DNA of 56,082 nucleotides from a virus (IMGVR_UViG_3300030419_000877:1-56082); one strand, 5' to 3'; counted from the stretch's first letter, positions 37,236 through 47,245 are shown. The notes: generated by a model from the sequence alone, not told the origin. Program-made: numbers and translations.

Positions 37236-37471
37236 CTATGGCGATGAAGAAGAAACCAATGATGAAGAAAAAAGGTATGGCTCGTGGTGGAGCAAAGATG
37301 CCTATGAAAAAAGACCCTAAGACAGGAAAAATGGTCCCTGCATTTGCTATGGACGGAAGAGGCAAAATGGCTAAGGGTGGCATGATGAAGAAGAAAAAAG
37401 GTTATGCCAAAGGAGGTATGAAGAAAAAAGGTTATGCTAAAGGTGGCATGATGAAAAAGAAGAAGAAGTAA
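37232..37471 (+). CDS. Lys/Met/Gly-rich repeat protein
   Basis: Repeats of KKKGYAKGGM; AGGAG RBS. Confidence 0.7.
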   Translation: MTMAMKKKPMMKKKGMARGGAKMPMKKDPKTGKMVPAFAMDGRGKMAKGGMMKKKKGYAKGGMKKKGYAKGGMMKKKKK

Positions 37472-37644
37472 TGGCAAAGTCTACTGTAAATAAAGCAGGA
37501 AACTACACCAAACCCACCATGAGAAAGAACCTGTTTAGCCGAATTAAAGCAGGTTCTAAGGGTGGTAATCCCGGACAGTGGAGTGCTAGGAAAGCTCAGA
37601 TGTTAGCCAAGCAGTACAAAGCTAAAGGCGGTGGGTATAAATAA
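37471..37644 (+). CDS. 57-aa basic protein (DUF5872-like N-terminal half; not in ORF track)
   Basis: NYTKPTMR...GSKGGNPGQWSARKAQMLAKQYKAKGGGYK*, TAATG overlaps on both sides. Confidence 0.7.
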   Translation: MAKSTVNKAGNYTKPTMRKNLFSRIKAGSKGGNPGQWSARKAQMLAKQYKAKGGGYK

Positions 37645-37892
37645 TGGCACTTGCAAAGAGTCAAAGAAGCCTTAAATCATGGACAAAACAAAAATGGAGA
37701 ACCAAAAGTGGTAAGCCAAGTGGAAAGACAGGAGAACGCTATCTTCCATCGTCTGCAATCAAAGCCTTATCACCTCAAGAATACGCAGCCACAACGGCAG
37801 CTAAAAGAAAAGGCAAAGCCGCAGGAAAACAGTTTGTTAAGCAACCTAAAAGCATTGCTAAAAAAACAAGAGCACACAGAAAAGTAACCTGA
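37644..37892 (+). CDS. Basic protein (DUF5872-like C-terminal half)
   Basis: SQRSLKSWTKQKWRT...ERYLP..AIKALS..EY. Confidence 0.7.
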   Translation: MALAKSQRSLKSWTKQKWRTKSGKPSGKTGERYLPSSAIKALSPQEYAATTAAKRKGKAAGKQFVKQPKSIAKKTRAHRKVT

Positions 37893-38167
37893 TGTTAGAA
37901 ACTTGGTTCATAGTAGCTATTATGTTAGGAGTCCATTCGGATGGGACGCAAGATGTATACATATTTGAGAAACCGAAAAAACACGGTCACTTCCACAGTT
38001 CAATGGAGTGTCGAGACTTTGTACGAGACAATCCAATTCCTATTATAAAGGCACTAGCAAAACAATATGGACAAAGACCTATTCAAAGAGTTATGTGTGT
38101 ACCTGAAGAGAATGTTCTCAGATTTGTGGAAGAACAAGACATAAGTAACTTGGATGCCAGAATATAG
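37892..38167 (+). CDS. Hypothetical protein with hydrophobic N-terminus
   Basis: TGATG overlap; F.S.MEC...C pattern like 14396 gene. Confidence 0.55.
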   Translation: MLETWFIVAIMLGVHSDGTQDVYIFEKPKKHGHFHSSMECRDFVRDNPIPIIKALAKQYGQRPIQRVMCVPEENVLRFVEEQDISNLDARI

Positions 38168-38342
38168 GCATGGTCCTTACAGTATCGCAGGGGCAAAGTT
38201 AGTGACTTGTGAAGTGTGTGGGCATCAACATAGAAGCACACATTGCGTGTTCTGCGAAAACTCTGGTGATAATGGAGAATGGGTAAACAAAATAATAGAC
38301 GATCAAGAGAAGAAAGAAAAAGATGGCAAAAGTTCTAAATGA
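38154..38342 (+). CDS. Small zinc-ribbon protein
   Basis: CEVC...CVFC. Confidence 0.5.
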   Translation: MPEYRHGPYSIAGAKLVTCEVCGHQHRSTHCVFCENSGDNGEWVNKIIDDQEKKEKDGKSSK

Positions 38343-38691
38343 AAAACAACAAAAGTTTATGGCTGTTCTGTTTGATGGAGCAGGAGGGGATGTTGTTACT
38401 GCAAAGAAGATGGCAGGATATGCAGATACCACAGCCACCAGTGACGTTATACGAGGACTAAAAGATGAAATAGCAGATGCAACAAAGGAGTATATGGCTC
38501 GTGTTGCTCCAAAAGCTGTCGTGGCAATGGGTGAAGCACTTGTTGATCCAACAGAGCTAGGCATAAGAGACAAGATGACTGCAGCAAGGGATCTTTTAGA
38601 CAGAGCAGGGTTTATGAAGACAGAGAAAATAAATGTAGAGTCTTCAGGTGGAGTATTTGTTCTTCCTGCTAAAGAAGGAAAAAATGAATAG
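38323..38691 (+). CDS. Terminase small subunit
   Basis: LNEKQQKF, AKKMAGY HTH, AARDLLDRAG; upstream of TerL. Confidence 0.75.
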   Translation: MAKVLNEKQQKFMAVLFDGAGGDVVTAKKMAGYADTTATSDVIRGLKDEIADATKEYMARVAPKAVVAMGEALVDPTELGIRDKMTAARDLLDRAGFMKTEKINVESSGGVFVLPAKEGKNE

Positions 38692-39097
38692 CGAAGAATT
38701 AGGGTTTTGGGTTTTACCAAAGCCTGACATATTTGTAAAGAACTGGAAGAGAATACCAAGAGTAGCCAGAACAGTTCCTTTTGGTTATGAGGTTGATGAA
38801 GAAGATGACGATTTTCTAGTTCCTGTGGGTATACAACTAAACGCATTAGATAAGGCAAAGCAACATTTACGACAGTATAGTTACAGAGAAGTTGCAAATT
38901 GGCTGACAAAGGAAACTGGACGGTACATATCTCACACAGGACTAAGAAAAAGAATAGAAATTGACAAAAAACGTAAGAGAACAATTACAATTAAACGTAA
39001 GTTCGCCAAAAGGCTCGAAAAAGCGATTAATGAAATCAAGAAGCTCGAAGAAGAGTCCCTCGACTGTTTTACCGAAGGAAGAACCACAAGAGCTTGA
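38684..39097 (+). CDS. HTH DNA-binding protein
   Basis: VPFGY, YSYREVANWL...GRYISHTGL. Confidence 0.65.
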   Translation: MNSEELGFWVLPKPDIFVKNWKRIPRVARTVPFGYEVDEEDDDFLVPVGIQLNALDKAKQHLRQYSYREVANWLTKETGRYISHTGLRKRIEIDKKRKRTITIKRKFAKRLEKAINEIKKLEEESLDCFTEGRTTRA

Positions 39098-40529
39098 AAC
39101 ACCCATAGTTCTACCTGAGCCAGAAAAGGAGGTAGAACAAGACGTACTGTTTAAACCTAACACAGGACCACAAACAGATTTTTTAGCAGCGTCAGAACGA
39201 GAGGTGTTATATGGAGGAGCAGCAGGAGGCGGTAAGTCTTTTGCTATGTTAGCTGACCCCCTTCGTGGAATTAACAACCCAAACTTTAGCGGATTGTTAG
39301 TTCGACACACGACAGAAGAGTTAAGAGAACTTATACAAAAGTCTCAGGAATTATATCCAAAAGCAATTCCGGGGATAAAGTGGTCAGAAAGAAAGTCACA
39401 GTGGGTAAGTCCGAAAGGAGGCAGACTGTGGATGTCCTACCTAGACCGTGACCTAGACGTAATGCGGTATCAGGGTCAAGCGTTTAACTGGATAGGATTT
39501 GACGAACTTACGCAATGGTCAACACCTTTTGCTTGGGACTATATGCGTTCACGACTAAGAAGTACAGACCCATCACTAGGGTTGTATATGAGAGCAACGA
39601 CAAACCCCGGTGGAGCAGGGCATCAATGGGTAAAGAAAACATTTGTAGACCCATCACCTGCAAATACACCATTTTGGGCAACGGAGTTAGAATCTGGTAA
39701 TGTTATTACATTTCCAAAAGGTCATAGCAGAGAGGGTGAACCTTTATTCAGACGTAGGTTTATACCTGCTAATTTGTTTGACAACCCTTATCTAGCTGAC
39801 TCAGGAGATTATGAGGCAATGCTATTGTCTCTTCCTGACCATCAGAGAAGACAACTGCTAGATGGAGATTGGGATGTATCAGAAGGAGCAGCGTTTCCAG
39901 AGTTCAACAGGCAGATACATGTAGTAGAGCCTTTTAAGATACCTGCTAGTTGGACAAAGTTTAGAGCGTGTGACTATGGTTATGGAAGTTACTCTGCTGT
40001 AGTATGGTTAGCCATAACACCTGCGGAACAACTCGTAGTGTATAGAGAACTGCAGGTATCAAAAGTTTTAGCAGTAGACTTAGCAGACAGAATACTACAG
40101 CTAGAAGCGGATGATGGCAGAATAGAGTACGGAGTTTTGGACAGTTCGCTCTGGCACAAAAGAGGAGACACAGGACCTTCACTAGCAGAACAGATGATTG
40201 TTAGAGGTTGTAGATGGAGACCCTCAGATAGAAGTAAAGGAAGTAGAGTTGCAGGAAAAAATGAACTACACAGAAGGTTGCAGGTTGATGAGTTTACTGA
40301 AGAGCCTCGTCTTGTTATATTTAATAACTGCACAAACCTTATATCTCAACTTCCTAGTTTACCCTTGGACAAGAAAAACCTAGAGGATGTAGATACAAAC
40401 GCAATGGATCATATGTATGACGCACTGAGATATGGCATTATGACTAGACCTAGAAGTTCCATTTGGGACTATAACCCTGTGAATCAGCGAACAGGATTTC
40501 AGATCGCTGATCCTAACTTTGGATATTAA
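38961..40529 (+). CDS. terL: Terminase large subunit (start may be ATG 39030)
   Basis: YGGAAGGGKS Walker A, FDELT Walker B, TTNPGG, DYGY, DHMYDALRY. Confidence 0.95.
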   Translation: MTKNVREQLQLNVSSPKGSKKRLMKSRSSKKSPSTVLPKEEPQELETPIVLPEPEKEVEQDVLFKPNTGPQTDFLAASEREVLYGGAAGGGKSFAMLADPLRGINNPNFSGLLVRHTTEELRELIQKSQELYPKAIPGIKWSERKSQWVSPKGGRLWMSYLDRDLDVMRYQGQAFNWIGFDELTQWSTPFAWDYMRSRLRSTDPSLGLYMRATTNPGGAGHQWVKKTFVDPSPANTPFWATELESGNVITFPKGHSREGEPLFRRRFIPANLFDNPYLADSGDYEAMLLSLPDHQRRQLLDGDWDVSEGAAFPEFNRQIHVVEPFKIPASWTKFRACDYGYGSYSAVVWLAITPAEQLVVYRELQVSKVLAVDLADRILQLEADDGRIEYGVLDSSLWHKRGDTGPSLAEQMIVRGCRWRPSDRSKGSRVAGKNELHRRLQVDEFTEEPRLVIFNNCTNLISQLPSLPLDKKNLEDVDTNAMDHMYDALRYGIMTRPRSSIWDYNPVNQRTGFQIADPNFGY

Positions 40530-40531
40530 AA

Positions 40532-42652
40532 ATGGCAGAAGAAAACGAAATAGCTTTTGATACAGATGGAGTAGCTGTTATAGAGGATGATGACCCATCT
40601 TTAAAGTCAGAAGGAGGTGTTGTAGCTTACGTTGATGAACGATTTAAAAGAGCAGAAGATGTAAGATTGCAAGACGAAAAACGATGGTTAAAAGCATACA
40701 GAAACTACAGAGGTTTATATGGTCCTGATGTACAATTCACAGAAGCAGAAAAATCAAGAGTATTTGTAAAAGTAACTAAAACCAAGACACTTGCGGCATA
40801 CGGACAGATAATAGATGTTCTTTTTGGTACAAACAAATTCCCACTTACTGTTAATCCTACAATGCTTCCAGACGGTATTTCTGAGTCTGTACATATAAAT
40901 ATTGATCCCAACGCTGATAAAGCACAAGAGGAACTACAAGGGGCTTTTGGAGATAACCCTTCAGAGCCTTATTTATTTGGTCCTAATGGAAAGCTTAATC
41001 CGGGAGACACAATAGCTGATTTGCAAAGTAGACTAGGAGGAGTAGAACAAAAGTTAGGTCCTGTCTCTGAAAAGATTATAGAAGGAGAAGGTAAAACTCA
41101 AACAACTGTTACTTTTCACCCTGCTATGGTTGCAGCAAAGAAGATGGAAAAAAAGATACATGACCAATTAGAAGAATCTGGTGCAAATAAACAGCTACGT
41201 AATGCTGCTTTTGAAATGTCACTATTTGGTACAGGTATTATGAAAGGACCTTTTGCTATTGACAAAGAGTATCCTAACTGGACAGAAGAGGGGGAGTATG
41301 ACCCTCTTGTTAAGACTGTTCCTTCAACAAGCCATGTATCTATCTGGAATTTCTACCCTGACCCTGATGCGTCAAACATGGATGAAGCTGAGTATGTTAT
41401 TGAAAGACATAAACTGTCAAGAACTCAACTTAGGGCATTAAAGAACCGTCCATACTTTAGATCAGATTGTATTGATATGTGTATCGAAATGGGTACGCAT
41501 TACACTGCGAAGTATTGGGAAGATAGTATGAAAGACTACAGCGTAGAAAATACGGCTGAAAGATTTGAAGTATTAGAGTTTTGGGGACATATAGATGCAG
41601 ATAAGCTAGAAGAAACTGGAATTGACGTTCCTGCTGAATTAGCTGACCTTGAACAACTAAACTGTAATATATGGGTTTGCCAAGGCAAAGTTCTTCGACT
41701 TGTACTTAACCCATTCAAACCTGTAAGAATACCTTACTACTCTGTACCATATGAGCATAACCCATACAGTTTCTTTGGAGTGGGTATTGCTGAGAATATG
41801 GACGACACTCAAACATTAATGAATGGCTTTATGAGGATGGCGATTGACAATGCTGCTCTTAGTGGCAATCTTGTGATAGAGGTAGATGAAACAAACCTTG
41901 TTCCCGGACAAGACCTAAGTGTTTATCCCGGAAAAATATTTAGAAGACAAGGCGGTGCTCCCGGTCAAGCTATTTTTGGCACAAAGTTTCCAAACGTAGC
42001 AGGGGAAAACATGCAACTCTTTGATAAAGCCAGAGTGTTAGCAGACGAAAGTACAGGCTTTCCTTCTTTCGCACATGGTCAGACAGGCATACAAGGTGTA
42101 GGACGTACTGCATCTGGTATATCTATGCTGATGTCTGCAGCAAACGGTTCTATCCGTAATGTTGTTAAGAATGTGGATGATTATTTACTTACCCCTTTAG
42201 GTAAATCTTTTTTTAGTTTTAATATGCAGTTTGACTATGACCAAGATATTAAGGGAGATCTTGAAGTCAAAGCTCAGGGTACAGAAAGTCTTATGGCTAA
42301 TGAAGTACGTAGTCAGAGACTTATGCAGTTTCTACAGGTTGCTTCTAACCCTGCTCTTGCACCTTTTGCTAAAATGGATTATATTATACGAGAGATTGCA
42401 AAGGCTATGGATCTTGACCCAAATAAGGTTACAAATAGTCTGCAAGATGCTGTGATACAGGCTGAGATATTTAAAAAGTTTCAAGCTGAACAACCACAGC
42501 AACCCCAAGCCCCACAACCCCCTGAAGAAGGACAAGTACCACCTGCACCTGCAGGAGCAAATGTTCAAGACACGTCAGGCGGTGGGGGATCACAAATAGG
42601 TGTTGGTACAGCACCACTACCAGATGAAGAAGGATTTACAGGTAATGTCTAA
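40532..42652 (+). CDS. Portal protein
   Basis: 706 aa directly after TerL; FGTGIMK, FYPDP, RTASG, Q/P-rich tail. Confidence 0.88.
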   Translation: MAEENEIAFDTDGVAVIEDDDPSLKSEGGVVAYVDERFKRAEDVRLQDEKRWLKAYRNYRGLYGPDVQFTEAEKSRVFVKVTKTKTLAAYGQIIDVLFGTNKFPLTVNPTMLPDGISESVHINIDPNADKAQEELQGAFGDNPSEPYLFGPNGKLNPGDTIADLQSRLGGVEQKLGPVSEKIIEGEGKTQTTVTFHPAMVAAKKMEKKIHDQLEESGANKQLRNAAFEMSLFGTGIMKGPFAIDKEYPNWTEEGEYDPLVKTVPSTSHVSIWNFYPDPDASNMDEAEYVIERHKLSRTQLRALKNRPYFRSDCIDMCIEMGTHYTAKYWEDSMKDYSVENTAERFEVLEFWGHIDADKLEETGIDVPAELADLEQLNCNIWVCQGKVLRLVLNPFKPVRIPYYSVPYEHNPYSFFGVGIAENMDDTQTLMNGFMRMAIDNAALSGNLVIEVDETNLVPGQDLSVYPGKIFRRQGGAPGQAIFGTKFPNVAGENMQLFDKARVLADESTGFPSFAHGQTGIQGVGRTASGISMLMSAANGSIRNVVKNVDDYLLTPLGKSFFSFNMQFDYDQDIKGDLEVKAQGTESLMANEVRSQRLMQFLQVASNPALAPFAKMDYIIREIAKAMDLDPNKVTNSLQDAVIQAEIFKKFQAEQPQQPQAPQPPEEGQVPPAPAGANVQDTSGGGGSQIGVGTAPLPDEEGFTGNV

Positions 42653-42839
42653 GATTAAAGAGTTAACGAATAATAAAGAACTATGGGATGCCTTTGTAGA
42701 TGAGTTACAAAGGTCTATTGTAAATTATCAGAGAACTATGGAGCAGACAGAAAAGCCATCTGACATATATAGATTGCAAGGAGCTATTTCTGCTATTCGT
42801 AAACTGATGCAACTAAGGGAAGTAATGAAAAATGGCTGA
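42645..42839 (+). CDS. Small helical protein following portal
   Basis: IYRLQGAI motif typical of the post-portal gene. Confidence 0.65.
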   Translation: MSKIKELTNNKELWDAFVDELQRSIVNYQRTMEQTEKPSDIYRLQGAISAIRKLMQLREVMKNG

Positions 42840-45800
42840 ACCAACGCAGGAACAAATGGAAATGGCTTTTATGCAAGATGATGCTGTACTTGCAGATGAC
42901 GGTATGAGTAAAGACCCAGTAAGCGGTAATGACATTCCGTCAGGAAGTATGGCAGAAGAAGTGCGAGATGATATTCCTGCACAATTAAGCGAAGGCGAAT
43001 ACGTTGTTCCTGCAGATGTTGTGCGTTATCACGGCATACAGAAGTTTGAGGATCTTAGAGATGAAGCTAAACTTGGCATGATGCGAATGGAGGCTGATGG
43101 ACGTATTGGTGGACAGCCTGTAGAGCAAGAAGAGTTTCCGTTTTCTGTCGAAGAATTAGAGGTCACAGATGCACATAGAGGCGGTATCATGGGTTTTCAA
43201 GAAGGTGGTGACACTGGTACTTACGAAGACACATTTGGAGGACCTTTTGTAGCTAACCAGAGGTATGGAACAGTTGGTGCAGGACCTGCACAATTAGGTT
43301 TTCAACTTCGTAACTTTACTAATCCCACCACAGGTAAAACAATAACTGTGCCATTTTTTAATGGTAAACCAATGCAGTACATACCACCAGAGTTTATGGC
43401 ATCTGATGTAGCAGGTACAGGTGGTGGCACATTTGATCCTGTAGCAGACGAAAGGTCAAGGCAGGAAGATGAAGCAGAAAGAGCCAGAATAAATGTAGAC
43501 AGAGGCATGAGTGATCGTGCTTATGACGCTGCAAGAAGTGCTATGTCTGATGTAGAAACACAACCAACATCTTTCAAAGATTTTACTGCAGAGGATTGGC
43601 AACGATACAATACACAAAGGAGAGGCACATTAGCATCTGTTACTCGTAAAATACCCATACTTGGCTACTTTCAAGGTTTAAATGAGAGGGCTGCTCGTGA
43701 CTTTGCATTAAAGGCACTTAATACAGGTACAAATCCAGAGACAGGAGAAACATTGTCATCTGCAGAAATAAACGCACTCAATAGCGTGGCGACTGCTCCC
43801 TTAAATAAATCTTTATTTGAATCACTACAAACTGTTATAGATAAACAACAACCAGACTTTTTAGAGTTAGAGCAAGACAGAACTATATCTGCAGATCCTA
43901 ATGTACCTGCGTCTGCAGTAGCAGAAGGTACAACAGCTACTACTACAGCAAATGTTAAAGAAGCAGGAGATGATTTTTTTGGGGAAAAACAAATAGGGGA
44001 GTTGGGTAGCAGACCAGAGGACTATCCTCCTTTAGTTGATTACAATACAGCATCTCTTTCAGATAAATCAAAAAAAATACTAGAAAGAGATCCTACTACA
44101 GATGTTGTATTAGCTAGTGCCACAACTAAAAATAGTTTTTCTATATCTAATTTAGGTGATATATTAAGTAATAATCTCAACCCTGCTAATTTGTTTGCAT
44201 CTCCAGTTGCTGCAGCAACAATACCTGAAAATGAAATTGTTAATAGTATAGTTGCTAATAATAATGTACTTCCTTTAGCATCAGGGGGTATTCATAGAGC
44301 AAATAATTATCAAAATAGAAATTATACTAACATATCAAATGATGAGTATGAAGCTTTATTAGCTATGGTTCATGCAGAAGCAGGAGGAGAGGGAGAAATA
44401 GGAATGGCACTTGTTGCTAATACTATAATGAATAGATATGACCTTATTAATAATCCTGATCTAAATATTACCAATATTAAAGGAGATGTTATTTCAGGAG
44501 ATGCTAACACCAAAGCAAAACAGTTTAACGCAAAAGGTGGTAGCATAACGGATATATTATTTGCAAAAAATCAATTTTCTCCTTATACAGATGGACGTTA
44601 TAATCAGTCAGTAGAAAAATTAAAAAATAATCCAGAATTAAAAGCAGAAGTAGACAAAGCTGTTAGACTAGCCTTTACACCAAGCGTCCTTAAAAAAAGA
44701 TTAGAGAGTGATACGGATTTAAGTGTGTGGGAAACTATAACAGCTATGGAAGCTGCCTTTTTTGCCAATGAAAAAACATCTACAAATCTTACGCAAGGTT
44801 TAAATAATAAAGTACCATACAAAAATCATACTTTTTCTTCTTCTGGTAGTGGTCTTATTTGGGACTATCTGGATCTTAAAAATTCTGCAGAACCTTCTGA
44901 TACACCTTTTGCTGCGTTAGAACAAACTAGAACCATAGGAGAACCCTTGCAAGTAGCAGATGATTTAACTGGTTTTGAACAATCAACCGAAGTTTTACCA
45001 GAATCAAGAAGACAGACTACTCAGCCTGATTTTGTTATGGACTATGGATATGGAACTGAAGGTGGTGTAACCCCTGATAGAAATCAGATTATTGAACAAA
45101 ACCTACAGGCAGCAAGAGACCCTGAATTTGCGGATGCTTTAAAAAATATAAATCTTGATACTATGACTACAAAACAAAAGTTTCAACCAACTCTTAGTGG
45201 TGTGTCAGGTTTACCCTCACAACCTGATTTTTACCCTAAGTTTGTTGCAGACTACGGATATGGAACTGAAGGCGGTAGTATAACAGGAAAATTAGCACCA
45301 CCACCTAAAAAGAAGTTTACGTTATTTGGTTCAAGAGGCTTCACTGAGTCTCTAGCAAAAACTTTAGAAACTCTTGGAATAAAAGAACCAGTAAGTCGTC
45401 CTTTAGACAAAAGCATAACTCAGCTTCCAGTTAATAAACCTAGTTTGCTTGACTTTAATAAAACACAACTATCTGATGTGCCTAAATTGTCACGTAAATC
45501 TTTAGCACAACAGACAAACGAGATGATGGCTAGAACTGCTCCAGATCAAATTGCTTTTGAGGATAAGCCAGTAGTACCTGCAGAACCCTCTTCCATAACT
45601 GCAGGTGGAAAAAAAGGAGTAATGCCAATAGTAGGTGGTCCTGATCTTTCACGTTTATACGGCAGGGGATTTAAGCCTGAAGATATAGGCACACAGCCAG
45701 TAATGGATGACCCTAGCAAATTTGTATTTGACTATGGTTATGGCACTGCAGGATCTCCTAAAGTAGAAACTAAAACAAAACCAAAACCTGCAGAAGAAAC

Positions 45801-46119
45801 AATTAGTCAGGATGAGTATAAAAAACGTGTAAAAGACGCTAGAACTGAAGAGTATGCTAAAGCTAGAAAAGATGCAGACGAAGCTCGTGACAGTGTATTA
45901 CGACAAGGAGGTAGTGTGCAAGAGGCATTTGATGCGGCACAAACTGCTTTCACTGGATTTACACCGTCAGGCGAGATGGTTGATCCTAACATATCTGATC
46001 CTTTTTCAGATGTACCTAGTTATGGGTTTAAAGAGGGTGGTTTAGCCTCAAAGCCTAAAAAAACTAAACCAAAAAAGCGTAACGTCAAGAAAGGTCTTGG
46101 CGGTAAAATGGCTACCTGA
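42832..46119 (+). CDS. Large virion-associated protein with internal SleB-like hydrolase domain
   Basis: DDIPAQLSEGEYVVPADVV N-terminal motif; AEAGGE..GMALVANTIMNR...QFS...NHTF. Confidence 0.7.
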   Translation: MAEPTQEQMEMAFMQDDAVLADDGMSKDPVSGNDIPSGSMAEEVRDDIPAQLSEGEYVVPADVVRYHGIQKFEDLRDEAKLGMMRMEADGRIGGQPVEQEEFPFSVEELEVTDAHRGGIMGFQEGGDTGTYEDTFGGPFVANQRYGTVGAGPAQLGFQLRNFTNPTTGKTITVPFFNGKPMQYIPPEFMASDVAGTGGGTFDPVADERSRQEDEAERARINVDRGMSDRAYDAARSAMSDVETQPTSFKDFTAEDWQRYNTQRRGTLASVTRKIPILGYFQGLNERAARDFALKALNTGTNPETGETLSSAEINALNSVATAPLNKSLFESLQTVIDKQQPDFLELEQDRTISADPNVPASAVAEGTTATTTANVKEAGDDFFGEKQIGELGSRPEDYPPLVDYNTASLSDKSKKILERDPTTDVVLASATTKNSFSISNLGDILSNNLNPANLFASPVAAATIPENEIVNSIVANNNVLPLASGGIHRANNYQNRNYTNISNDEYEALLAMVHAEAGGEGEIGMALVANTIMNRYDLINNPDLNITNIKGDVISGDANTKAKQFNAKGGSITDILFAKNQFSPYTDGRYNQSVEKLKNNPELKAEVDKAVRLAFTPSVLKKRLESDTDLSVWETITAMEAAFFANEKTSTNLTQGLNNKVPYKNHTFSSSGSGLIWDYLDLKNSAEPSDTPFAALEQTRTIGEPLQVADDLTGFEQSTEVLPESRRQTTQPDFVMDYGYGTEGGVTPDRNQIIEQNLQAARDPEFADALKNINLDTMTTKQKFQPTLSGVSGLPSQPDFYPKFVADYGYGTEGGSITGKLAPPPKKKFTLFGSRGFTESLAKTLETLGIKEPVSRPLDKSITQLPVNKPSLLDFNKTQLSDVPKLSRKSLAQQTNEMMARTAPDQIAFEDKPVVPAEPSSITAGGKKGVMPIVGGPDLSRLYGRGFKPEDIGTQPVMDDPSKFVFDYGYGTAGSPKVETKTKPKPAEETISQDEYKKRVKDARTEEYAKARKDADEARDSVLRQGGSVQEAFDAAQTAFTGFTPSGEMVDPNISDPFSDVPSYGFKEGGLASKPKKTKPKKRNVKKGLGGKMAT

Positions 46120-46152
46120 TGAAAATCAGCCCCAACAATAGGAGTAAATATT

Positions 46153-47043
46153 ATGCCAGAGTTAGAAAACGTAGAAAAAGTAAAGGTTGCAGGATTTGTT
46201 AGTCCTCGCAAAACTAAAAATCAAGAACGTATTGAAAAAGATGAAAAGGAACTTAAAGAGTTGCTTGATGCCGAAGGAGAAAAGAGTGAATCTTCTGAGG
46301 AAAACAAGGATGCTTCTAAGGGTTCAAAAGAAGAAGTACAGGATAAAGAACTTTCTAAGGAGGAGTTATCCTTTAAAAAGAGATACGGTGATTTGCGTAG
46401 ACATATGGCAGATAAAGATAAACAGAATGATTCGAGAATTAAAGCTCTCGAAGAACAGTTATCAAAAGCTACTAAAAATGAGTTAGTTCTTCCAAAAACG
46501 GAAGAAGAAATAGCTGAGTGGACTAAAAAGTATCCTGACGTTGCAGGTATAGTTGAAACTATCGCTGATAAAAAAGCAAGAGAACGCTCTAGTGATTTAG
46601 ATAAACGGATGCAGGATATTGAAAAAATGCGAGTGGAGGCAACAAAAGAAAAGGCAGAAGCGGAACTTATAAAACTTCACCCTGACTTTACTACTATTCG
46701 TGAGGATGATACTTTCCACGAATGGGCAGAAAAACAACCAAAATGGGTGCAGGATGCCTTATATGAAAATGTTGATGACGCACAGTCTGTTGCACGAGTA
46801 ATTGATTTATACAAAGTAGACAATAATATTATGGCTAAAAAGGGAGACAATAACAAAAGAGCTGCCTCTGCTGTAAATACTAAATCTAAAACAGAACCAA
46901 CTACGGATGACACGCAAGGTCATTGGAAAGAATCCCAAGTTGACAAGATGTCTGACAAGGAATATGAAAAACATTCTGAAGCAATAATGGAATCCATTAG
47001 AGCAGGAAAGTTTGTATATGATATTAGTGGAGCGGCACGATAA
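46153..47043 (+). CDS. Capsid scaffolding protein
   Basis: Charged coiled coil, FKKRYGDLRRH, HPDF, directly upstream of capsid gene; AGGAG RBS. Confidence 0.8.
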   Translation: MPELENVEKVKVAGFVSPRKTKNQERIEKDEKELKELLDAEGEKSESSEENKDASKGSKEEVQDKELSKEELSFKKRYGDLRRHMADKDKQNDSRIKALEEQLSKATKNELVLPKTEEEIAEWTKKYPDVAGIVETIADKKARERSSDLDKRMQDIEKMRVEATKEKAEAELIKLHPDFTTIREDDTFHEWAEKQPKWVQDALYENVDDAQSVARVIDLYKVDNNIMAKKGDNNKRAASAVNTKSKTEPTTDDTQGHWKESQVDKMSDKEYEKHSEAIMESIRAGKFVYDISGAAR

Positions 47044-47051
47044 AAAAAGTG

Positions 47052-47082
47052 TTGACAAGTCTACTTTTATCCATATAACTAA
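47052..47082 (+). promoter_or_regulatory. Sigma70-type promoter of capsid operon
   Basis: TTGACA-N16-TATAACTAA, same -10 region as 33041. Confidence 0.65.
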
Positions 47083-47083
47083 C

Positions 47084-47245
47084 AACATACACGTATTAGT
47101 GTATGCTTTTAAAGCAAACTATACCCTAAAGCTTACCAAAGACGTATAAGCCTAGAGAATTAGTCGAGCATGGAAGATTAAATTCTTTACACCTTATAAA
47201 CGCTTTGCCCTTACTGAGTATGTTTAGCTTATAACTATAAGCCTA
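47084..47245 (+). ncRNA. Putative structured 5' leader RNA of capsid gene
   Basis: Three hand-identified stems: 47086-47105, 47137-47207, 47226-47241. Confidence 0.4.

Noticed and set aside
38199-38984. 261-aa minus-strand ORF and other antisense ORFs of the track (e.g. 1638, 10998, 36564, 52484, 53357)
   Set aside because: Shadows of well-supported genes on the opposite strand, no RBS, atypical composition
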